From Leucoraja erinacea (Eukaryota): 64,000 nt of DNA. Below the pieces are notes generated by a model. It saw nothing but the letters and a program-made list of their open reading frames with translations, did no database searches and was not told the origin of the DNA. The stretch covers positions 124,001-188,000 of the forward strand of contig NW_026575374.1 of assembly GCF_028641065.1 (NCBI RefSeq). Reading direction: 5' to 3'. The translations under genes were made by a program, and so were the position numbers. Shown here one piece after another: positions 53,650-64,000 of the stretch. How positions within the stretch are numbered: the stretch's first letter is position 1; each line of letters opens with the position of its first letter.

Positions 53650-54775
53650 CATAGAAACATAGAAACATAGAAACATAGAAATTAGGTGCAAGAGTAGGCC
53701 ATTCGGCCCTTCGAGCCTGCACCGCCATTCAATATGATCATGGCTGATCATCCAACTCAGTATCCCGCACCTGCCTTCTCTCCATACCCCCTGATCCCCT
53801 TAGCCACAAGGGCCACATTTAACTCCCTCTTAAATATAGCCAATGAACTGGCCTCAACTACCCTCTGTGGCAGAGAGTTCCAGAGATTCACCACTCTCTG
53901 TGTGAAAAAAGTTCTTCTCATCTCGGTTTTAAAGGATTTCCCCCTTATCCTTAAGCTGTGACCCCTTGTCCTGGACTTCCCTAACATCGGGAACAATCTT
54001 CCTGCATCTAGCCTGTCCAACCCCTTAAGAATTTTGTAAGTTTCTATAAGATCCCCTCTCAATCTCCTAAATTCTAGAGAGTATAAACCAAGTCTATCCA
54101 GTCTTTCTTCATAAGACAGTCCTGACATCCCAGGAATCAGTCTGGTGAACCGTCTCTGCACTCCCTCTATGGCAATAATGTCCTTCCTCAGATTTGGAGA
54201 CCAAAACTGTACGCAATACTCCAGGTGTGGTCTCACCAAGACCCTGTACAACTGCAGTAGAACCTCCCTGCTCCTATACTCAAATCCTTTTGCAATGAAA
54301 GCTAACATACCATTCGCTTTCTTTACTGCCTGCTGCACCTGCATGCCTACCTTCAATGACTGGTGTACCATGACACCCAGGTCTCGCTGCATCTCCCCCA
54401 TTCCCAATCGGCCACCATTTAGATAATAGTCTGCTTTCCCGTATTTGCCACCAAAATGGATAACCTCACATTTATCCACATTATACTGCATCTGCCAAAC
54501 ATTTGTCCACTCATCCAGCCTATCCAAGTCACCTTGCAGTCTCCTAGCATCCTCCTCACAGCTAACACTGCCCCCCAGCTTAGTGTCATCCGCAAACTTG
54601 GAGATATTGCCTTCAATTCCCTCATCCAGATCATTAATATATATTGTAAATAGCTGGGGTCCCAGCACTGAGCCTTGCGGTACCTCACTAGTCACTGCCT
54701 GCCATTGTGAAAAGGACCCGTTTACTCCTACTCTTTGCTTCCTGTTTGCCAGCCAGTTCTCTATCCACATCAATA
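53650..54775 (-). mobile_element. Young CR1 LINE 3' part with open RT ORF (338 aa)
   Basis: PQGSVLGPQLFTIYINDL, KFADDTK; (tttctatg)n tail. Confidence 0.93.
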
Positions 54776-55639
54776 CTGAACCATTTTGTTATTTTAACCA
54801 GTATCTGCAGTTCCTTTATACTAAAATACTGTAGTGCAGAGAAATGGAAGAGCTGGTGTCTATGCAGCAATTTCCTAAACAAAAGCAGTTGAATACATTT
54901 AAAAGAATCTGTCTGGAATGGAATGGACAAGGCACAGTGAAATTCTCTGCTTGCATACCCAAGGAGCGCAAATAATCACCACATAATCGGTGCTGATATA
55001 GTTACAAAGAACCCTGCGCTTGCTCCTCCTTCCCCCCCCCCCCCCCCCCCCCCCCCCCTCACCCTGTTAACCCCCACCCCCCACCCCCCCCCCCCCCCAA
55101 GCACCCGTAGTCAGGATTGAACCTGAGTCTCTGGTGCAGTAAAGCAATAGCTCTACCGCCCAGCCACCTTTTATGTCTAAAACTGTTATCAGCATCTTAC
55201 CCGACTCCAAAGGAAAGAGAATCACATGAGATTGAATTCAGAAAACTTAATCAAATTTATGAGAAGTGACCTCCCACATACAAATTGACTACCCCTAATT
55301 AGCCACTGTAACGCAAGGGTTAAACAGACAATTTCAGCTAAAATGTGAAATGGAGTCATTTCCCACCAACAACAAATAAATCATATAATTTCACTAATTG
55401 AGCAGCGCTACATCCCATAGCCCCTTGAAAACAAGATTCCGACGCGTTATCTCCTAGAATTGACCTTGCACATTGCCTGGGAACGTAGCCTTTCTCAGGT
55501 CATTCTATGGGAAAGCGTAGCATTGGTGAACAAAACATAACAGCAATAGTTGGGTAGACCACATGCGCCCCTTGTCGCTAGTAGCGCAGAAAAGTTGCAG
55601 ACAAGGGGGGCTTATGATTGGCTCACGCAGGAGGCAGTG

Positions 55640-55972
55640 GTGCGGTCTGCTCTGATAAGATATGCCATAAAATATGTTGTTGGGCACCCTTTCGAAGGAC
55701 CTTTCCAGGTGCTGCAACACGGCACCTCGACTTTTGTCATCAACTTGGGCAGTAGTCACGAGATCTGTGGATCATCTTAAACCGGCACAATTGGACATTG
55801 ATCAACCAGTGCAAGTGGCACAGCCCCGATTTAGAGGGCGTCCACCGTTACGACCACACCCACCCTCAACTCTGCCGGTTGTGACCCCGAGCATAGGAGA
55901 CATGTACACGAGATCAGGCCACCTCACTCGTAAACCTACTCACCTCCATTACTCCAGTTTTGGGGGGAGGGA
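55640..55972 (+). mobile_element. Gypsy integrase C-terminal remnant plus polypurine tract
   Basis: PFEGPFQVLQ..SVDHLKPA (GPY/F module), then ggggggaggg. Confidence 0.6.
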
Positions 55973-56761
55973 CCATATGGTGCCATCTTGTGGTCAAGCC
56001 ATTTGTCACTCCAACTTTCAATTATCGGGCTCGAACTCTCACGTGCACACCGTGTGATTTGGGCCGATCAATCACGTCAGGCCTGCGCCTCATCTGCAGC
56101 CAGGACCAAACCCGGGTCTCCGGTGCCCCTCACCCCGTCCAGGGGCGGCCAGAGAAGTCGGGAGTCAGACTGCCAGCGCGAAGAAGCAGTGCTAAATCCA
56201 GCTCAACTCCGCCTGTCTCGCCGGGTTAACCTACCAGCCATGCCTGGACTAACGGGACACCAGCCCGGAGCGGTGGAGTTAGCGCTGCTTCGTGCTGGCT
56301 GTAAGCCTGGGCCGTCGTTCGTGGTAAGTCCAGGCAGGGCTGTAGGTTAACCCGGTGGGGGGGGGGGGGGGCACTCAGGAGGGGACAGACGGGGATGGTC
56401 CAGTGGTGGTTTGGCAGCGATTGCGGCGCCAGAGACCCGAGATCGATCCTGACTGCGGATGAGGCGCAGGTCTGTGTGCATGCCGCGGCACGGCTGCCGA
56501 GAGTGTTTTTCACTTGTGACCTATGGCCTGGGCATGCGCAGTCGGAATACCAAACTCGCTTATTATTAAACAGAGTATTTACACTATGCGTGGTCCTGTA
56601 CAACCGTAACAATTTCAGATACAGGCATGACATGATATTCCAACTCCTGCACTCAATATCCTGAAAAATGTACCTTTTGCAACAAGTCAAAATTAAAAAA
56701 AAAAAAAAAACACTAATCATAAATGGGTGGCTAAATAATCATTTATAGAGTCAGACAGTCA

Positions 56762-57730
56762 TAATAATAATAATAATACATTTTATTTGTTGGGTGCCTT
56801 TCAGACATCTCAAGGACACCTTACATAGATTAACAGGAATATAAACATATAATCAGAGTAAAATAAATAATAAAGACATCACAGAGACACAAACTAAAAA
56901 CAGAATTCAGTCCAAAAACAGAAAATCAAAAACACAATGTGAAGAGAGAGCAGCGGCAGCCAAAGCGCGCCAGCGTCCACTCTCCCTTCACGGCAACCAT
57001 CTTGGACAAAGGCTAACAGGATTACATTATAGACAAAAAAAAATCATGTGGGGAAGGCACAATGTCCGTCCCGCCCCCAAGTTCACCCCAAAGTCAGGCC
57101 TATTGAGGCCTCCGCAATTGCCTCTACGGAGGCCCGATGTTCCTGGCCATTCTCACCGGGTGGTGTTGACCCGGTGTCAGGAGAGTCCTCTCAGCGGCTG
57201 GGCCACCTGGAACGGCAGCTTTCTAGTTGGAGACCACGACTTCCGAAGCCGACAAGGCCGCGCCGGTTTGGAGCTCCCAGGCTCCCGATGATGAAGTCGG
57301 CGCTGCCTGCTCCGCTCCGCAGACCCGCAGCCCAGAGGTGTTGAACACGGCGGTCTCAGCTCACCGGTGCTCCAGCGCGTCGATCCAGCACGGCGACCCA
57401 GGCAAGGCATCGCCCGCTCCGCTCCACGATAGCGCTCCAGCGCTGTGCTGCCACTGAGGCCGAGGTGCTGGGCGGTCCTCGCCAGGAAACGGCGTCTCCA
57501 AGCCCGCTGGTAGGCCACGAGGACAGGCCGACGGGCAACCCGGAGATAAAGCTGCCTCACAGACCAGGTAGGGACCTAGAAGTAGAGTTGACACCTACCC
57601 CCCACTTTAAAAAGTCCATATCCCCTACGAATGAAAAACAGGACTCACTAAAAACCATTAAAAAAAAGCAAATTAAAATGGACGGTTGCTGGCTAGCAGC
57701 CGTTCCTCAAGATGGCTCCTCCTCCTCCTC
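56762..57730 (-). mobile_element. Non-coding ~1-kb retroposon (paralog of 33822-34862)
   Basis: Collinear similarity including the (taa)n end. Confidence 0.7.
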
Positions 57731-57810
57731 CATAGAGCTGTACAGCACCAAAACACGCCCTTCGGCCCGAGGTGCCAAAGCCCACCAAGTTTCCTTACTG
57801 GCTGGTTATA

Positions 57811-58609
57811 GGGAGGTTGCACGCAGTCGAGGTCATGACCCGTGACCCGTACTGTTGCCACGCAACGCCAACTGGAGTACACGCGGTGAACTGCAGGTAA
57901 GCATTCTGGCAGCACAGCAGGCCCTTCTTCTGGCCCAGCATCCGGAGCGGTTGCACACTCACGGACCCCGGGCCATCTATCACTGCGGCTGGCGGTGGAA
58001 GGAGGAGGAGGTGGTCGGTGGGGTGGGTAGGGGGGGGGGAAGGAAGAGGTTGGGGTGTCGGTGCAGCGCGGTCAGTGAATCTGGGTGGGCGGAGGGAGCA
58101 GTCCATCCCCAACTCTGCTGCAGCTGACATTGCCCAGAGCCGCGGCCCGTCCTCACCCGGACCCGCTCCCGCCGGCCCCAGCCCCGTTCCACCCGGCCCT
58201 GGTCCCGCTCCCCCCGGCCCCGCTTCACCCGGCCCCATGTGTGGGCGCTGCCGACACACAGCCCGTGACAGTGCAGCCCACAGAGGGAGATGGGGCAGTG
58301 GGCGGCCTTGACCGGACAGCGCTGACCTCGGGTGGAGAGTGGGGGCTGTCCAAATGGATGGCCTCCTTCGGCGGCGTACACCTTGGTGCTCAGGCTCAGA
58401 GCAAAGATACTGATACATTCCCGCTTTCAATGACAGTAGCGACACATATTTACAGCGCAAAAAATGACAATTTCGGCTATTTTTAACATGTCTGAAGGTA
58501 CGCGTTCCGTGTGTTAACAGTCTGTGCCGAGGCAGCCATGCCCTCCACATGGATTGATTTGGTCCGTGCATCACGCCCTTTGACCCGATGACCTTACACG
58601 CAACCCCCC
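57811..58609. mobile_element. GC-rich TIR element of unassigned superfamily
   Basis: tata|gggaggttgc ... gcaaccccc|tata, inserted in a CR1 tail. Confidence 0.55.
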
Positions 58610-59805
58610 TATATTTTGCCTACTTTTGGCCCATATTCTTCCAAATCTACTTTGTATGTTTAGCTGTCTGGGAGTCTTGTTATAACTGTACCTGCCGCTA
58701 GCGCTAACTCAAGAAGCTCATTCCATAGACCCATCATCTTCTGTCCCCTCAAAATCTTTCCCCTTTCACCTTGAACCTACCCTGGAGAAAAGACTGTGGC
58801 AATTCAACTTATCTATGCCCCTCATGATTTATGAATCTGTAAGGTGTAATGTGTATGATGTACGTTATTGGCTGCACAATGTTTGCTGTATTTATTTGTC
58901 CAAAGAAAGTGAAATATTAGTCATGTTTGAATATTGCTGAAAAAGGAAAATGGAGCATGTGACTGAAGATTGCAACCTGACCATAACTTAATCCAATATA
59001 ACAGACTTCAAGTTAGTCATTACATAAGCACCTTGTTCGACTTCATTTCATCTTTCCACTGTAAATGGAGGTGGAAATTAGTAAATGAGTCTTCCACAGG
59101 TTAAATGGTTGAACTTCCGTTATTGAAGGTTCAACATTTGTTCGGCCTGGGCTAATTGGGCCGTAGGGCCTGTTTCCATGCTGTGTGACTCTTTGATCTT
59201 AGGAGTCGCCATGGACCCAAAATGTATCCAGGAGACGGGGAGGGGTGATACGTTGATGCCTAAAATGGAAATCTTCATATTGGGCACGGAAGCAGTAGAG
59301 ATCGAGAATTGAGACCTATCTTTGCTTGAGACCCTTTGCAAGAGGAAGTTTGACATGTCCCCAACAACTCTCACCGACGTCTACACATGTGTTGTAGTAA
59401 GCATTTTATCAGGAGAAGTGCGTGAGATGTCTTGACAAAGCAAAGGTTCGATGTTCATAGTTTATGGTTCAATTCCTTGTTTTTATTTACAATGATCAAC
59501 AATACATGCAAGTAAAGAAATACAACCTGTCAGAAGAGTAGCGATGGTGCATAGTTTATTTCAATATAAAGGTACACCAATCTAAATCTTGCTGAAGGAT
59601 GAAACAGGGTGCATTGAAATTAGATGGGAAATGGAGTGGGTGATGATGGTCAGGGACGCGGCTTAGTGGTGGATTGGGCAGCTCCACTCGCGCTATGGGC
59701 GTGGCCAACGGATTGTCTCTCCCCTGTCCGCCTTTCGCTTTTATAAAGCGTGATCCTGCATTGAGCTGCCACTTCCGCAGCGGTGTCCATCAGATAGAGG
59801 TGGAG

Positions 59806-60378
59806 ATGGCGGAGATCGCACCCATCAAGGCGGATATTGCCGCCGCTATCCCTCCTGATCTCATCAGTGGTCCCGTAACATCGGCTCCTCCCGTCGCACT
59901 CGCTGCCACGAAGAAGAAGGCGGCCTATCGCCCGCAGAAAGGCGCAGCGGCCGCCGTGGCCGAGCAGATCCTGGATGCCGTGGCCGCCACCAAGGAGCGT
60001 CAGGTCGCCAAGCTGGGCGCTGTAAAGAAAACCTCGGCAGCCAGCTGCAGGACGGACAAGGTCGGCGCCTGGCCAAATAAGTCTAACAAGAGCGCTCCAT
60101 CTGAGGACGGCACTGACACTTCCGCGGCCACTCTCTCGGAGCGGGTTAAGGAGCTGAGAGGGGCAGAGTGCGAACCGGGACAAGGCAAAGTTCGGAACAA
60201 AAGGAACACCAAGAAAAAAGCGCCTGCTAGGAAAATGGGCCCGAGGACCGCCGCCCAGAGAAGGGCTAAGAAACCGGCGGCCAAGAGTCCCATCAAGCGC
60301 AAGGCGGCCAAGAAAGGGTCCAAGAGACCTGCCTCCAGCGCTGTGGGGCAGCAACGACGGGTAGTCAGAAAGAGGTAG
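59806..60378 (+). CDS. Divergent linker histone H1-like protein, 190 aa (paralog of 11914-12522)
   Basis: Open frame with the same H1-like helices, TATA near 59740 and a perfect stem-loop. Confidence 0.85.
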   Translation: MAEIAPIKADIAAAIPPDLISGPVTSAPPVALAATKKKAAYRPQKGAAAAVAEQILDAVAATKERQVAKLGAVKKTSAASCRTDKVGAWPNKSNKSAPSEDGTDTSAATLSERVKELRGAECEPGQGKVRNKRNTKKKAPARKMGPRTAAQRRAKKPAAKSPIKRKAAKKGSKRPASSAVGQQRRVVRKR

Positions 60379-60404
60379 ACAAAACCCGTACAGCCAAACA
60401 CAAA

Positions 60405-60420
60405 GGCTCTTTTCAGAGCC
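60405..60420 (+). terminator. Histone 3' stem-loop
   Basis: GGCTCTTTTCAGAGCC followed by ACCCA. Confidence 0.95.
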
Positions 60421-62449
60421 ACCCATACATATTTATTAGGAGTTACTGACAATAGGGTAATTTCTCCCGGATAAATTTTAATTCATAGAAACATTGAGCT
60501 GTCACGCCCTCTTTCAGCTTTCTCCTACCCCCCATTGCGATCAATCTGAAGAAGGGCCGACCTGAAGCATCGTCTGTCCTTATCCTCAAAAGATGTTGCC
60601 TGACTCGCTGAATTCCTCCGACGCTTTGAGTTTTGCATAGAGACAGGCCCTTCATGATATATCATCCATGCCAACCACATTGCCCAACCGAGCTACTACC
60701 ATTTATAGCCTGGCCCATATCTCCATACCCTTCCAACTCCCGTGCCTGTCCAAATATCTTCATTTAAATTCCGGAAGTTGTTGACAAAATAGAGGTAATA
60801 CATCTATTTCATGTCTTCACGTAATTTATTCCGCTTCAAATGAAATAGTAAGATTTTTTCTCATTTTATAATTTAGATGTAATCGGCTAAAATGGATTAT
60901 GTTTGTCACAATTATCAATTCATCTTTGTAGGAAGTTGTCATATGAGCTCACAGAATCTAAAATGCTAGACACGTATTCATGCAAACACCCGTGCTCCCA
61001 ATCCTAATATAATTCTGCAAACAATTAGTGACTAACATTTAGGATAAGATTTGAAAAGTACATATAGCATGTCTAGGGAACTCCAACCTCAGCCCTTCAC
61101 CGTCAGCTACCAATGTGCAATTGTGAAAAAAAAACTCATCCAGATCAATCCATCCATTCCCTGAGAAAATTATTGTATTTGGTTTGTAATATTGTTCTTA
61201 TAGAAACATATACAATTTTTAAAGGATTGGATAAGCTCGATGCAGGTACTGGTTCGAAGGGCCGAATGGCCTACTCCTGCACCCATTTTTCTATGTTTCT
61301 AATATCAGCCATCAGCGGGCAAGTGGGACTAGTGGATATGGAGCATCTTGGATGGCATGAGCAAGTTGGGCCGAAGGGTCGGTTTCCAAGTTGCATAACT
61401 CTGAATCTATGACATGTTGAAGAAGTATAGAAGGACATAACAAAATCGGAGCAGGAATAGACCACTCTACCCCTCAAGCCTGCTGCACCATTCACTAATG
61501 TCATGGACGTCATCTACTCTTCTACATCAGTTCTCCATAGCTGTTCATTCCTTGCTTTACCTCGTTAAATTTAAGACAAATCGACCACTCTTTAAATACC
61601 TCGCCTGTACATCCTGCGAAGGAATAAAGTTCCAGAGATTCACGACTCTGCAAGAAGAAACGTTGTCTGGCCATTCTCCCCACAGTTGCTGCCTGACCCG
61701 TTGAGTTCTTTCAGCACTAACGGAATCAATGGATATGTGGATAAAACAAGAACGGGGTACTGAATTTGGATAATAAACCATGATCATATCGAATGACGGT
61801 GCTGGCTCGAATGGCCTACTCTTGCACCTATGTTCTACCTTTCTAATATGTATACAGACAGAAGACTAGGCCAGATCAGTGAAAGTATAGTTCCCCTCAG
61901 AAATAGAGGTGGGCATCGACGTGTGGTGACCCAGGAGATGGGCAACGTCCTCAATGAGTATTTCTGCGCAGTGTTTTTTTACCATGGAGAAAAACACGAT
62001 GGTTAAGGAGATGGAATGGAGATGTCTTGTGGTTGAGGTGGGTTTAACGCACAAAAGCATATACATAATTTATGCACCCCAATGCACTTGGAAATTGAAA
62101 TTGCAAACACATTCTTCCAATTTGAAAATTTAGAAGAACAGTTCTGGAGTGTAAATCCAATGGTCAATGCGAAGAGATAGTTTCCTTGTTGCAACCATGG
62201 TTCCATAGTAACTTAAGTAATTTTAGGGTTAAAATTAGGACTAGACACCCTTATCTCGTTCCAAAGTACTACAATCGTTTCCCTCACATTACTCGTTTCC
62301 CTGGCATAAAATCCATAGCTTTAAAAAAATATTTCATTTCCCATATAAACGAAACTGTTGTCGCAATTAATAATATAATGTCACAAATTGCAAGATAATC
62401 GACAAATATACGCAATTTTTTCCGTTGAGCAAGTGCATTGTTTATTTAA

Positions 62450-62923
<474 letters not shown>

Positions 62924-62954
62924 AAAATAAATGAGAAGTAATTAGAAAATCAAA

Positions 62955-62970
62955 GGTTCTTTTCAGAACC
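62955..62970 (+). terminator. Histone 3' stem-loop of H4
   Basis: GGTTCTTTTCAGAACC followed by ACC. Confidence 0.93.
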
Positions 62971-64000
62971 ACCATATCATTCTAAAAGACTGATAACTTG
63001 GTTTAACTGCTTCGAACAAGAAACGCTCCATCATACACATGGCAAATCAATAACATTAAATTTATGTTAAAATAATAAACTTTGTCCCTCGACTCTGGTC
63101 ACCGTCACCATCTAATTTATTTTCTTTATATACATAAATGGTAACATCACATTCTTCCCAATTCTACGGATTAAAATTACATCTAACAAACCACTTTCTA
63201 ATTTGAGAGATTATTATCAACCAATTCATTTTGCCTTCTCTCCTTAAGTGTGCTAGATTTGCATGATGATTGTAACCACAGTTCCGGTATTATCTGATTA
63301 GATTGTCTGATTAGTCTTTGCCAGATCTATTGCACTTGCTGCCTTTGTGCTTCCGTTTAGGGAGGTGCTGCTGAAGAAATCTTGGGGAGTTGCTATAAAT
63401 TGTGCAACGTGGCCACATTGATATTATGGTGGACAAGGTGCCAATCAATGGTATTCTTCTCTGAAAAAAAAGGCACAGGATGGCAGACACCCAGCGGGTC
63501 AAGCAGCATCTCTGGAGAAAATGGATAGGCGAGAGTTCTGGTCGGGAACCTTCTTCAGACCGTTCAAGGAAGGCTGCCCTCAAACCATGTAGGGCATCTT
63601 TCCATGAATGGATTCACACTTCTTGAATATATCAGTTGCAGTTACTCGGATGAGTGGAGAGTATTTCCTGCACTCTTGCTTTGTGGTTTAAAATCAACCT
63701 GTTTTTTTGCGAATTGCCCTTCACAGCTCCCTTTTGTAACCCGGGCAGCATCATAAGGGCAGCATTTATTGCCCATCCCTCACCATCCTTAGAACAAGTA
63801 GGGGTGAGATGCCTCCTTGAACTGTTGCAGTAATTGAACTTGAAGCAGAGCCCACAACATCTGTGTCTAACGATGCCAAGATAAACTCAGCTCATTTGCC
63901 TGCACATGATCCATATCGAGTATCCAGTGTAAATGTTACTCTCATTTATCAGGTTGTGCTGGATGTCCTAACTGTCTGCAGTCATTCTATGGGGTTGCAA

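Noticed and set aside
57795-58574. 259-aa Gly/Pro-rich ORF
   Set aside because: Lies wholly inside a GC-rich TIR element and has no transposase motifs.
59308-59332. Possible further footprint attgagac|ctatctttg|cttgagac
   Set aside because: Only 8 bp of TIR match, and the paralog near 11245 already contains atctttg, so simple slippage explains it.

Overview
Eukaryotic, repeat-rich DNA. The CR1/HER1-like LINEs, HE1-like SINEs, Rex1 and Penelope elements suggest a cartilaginous fish (skate or ray); this is an inference. The window holds part of a dispersed replication-dependent histone cluster. Intact ORFs with 3' stem-loops are H2A, H2B, H3, two H4 and two very divergent H1-like genes. There are also H4 and H2B pseudogenes and orphan H2A/H2B promoter halves. 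Every intact core histone carries non-canonical substitutions, and the H1-like genes have an eroded winged helix and an Arg-rich tail. Between the genes lie ERV gag, env and LTR relics, a KIF5B retrocopy, Gypsy, Tc1, hAT-like and MITE elements, and one 140-N gap. The most striking unexplained signal is a family of tiny CAAAGAT-ended remnants flanked by 8-bp duplications, including a perfect 17+17-bp palindrome. These look like P-element-type excision footprints, and some sit in histone genes or next to a histone promoter. Coordinates were read by eye, so repeat boundaries are approximate.
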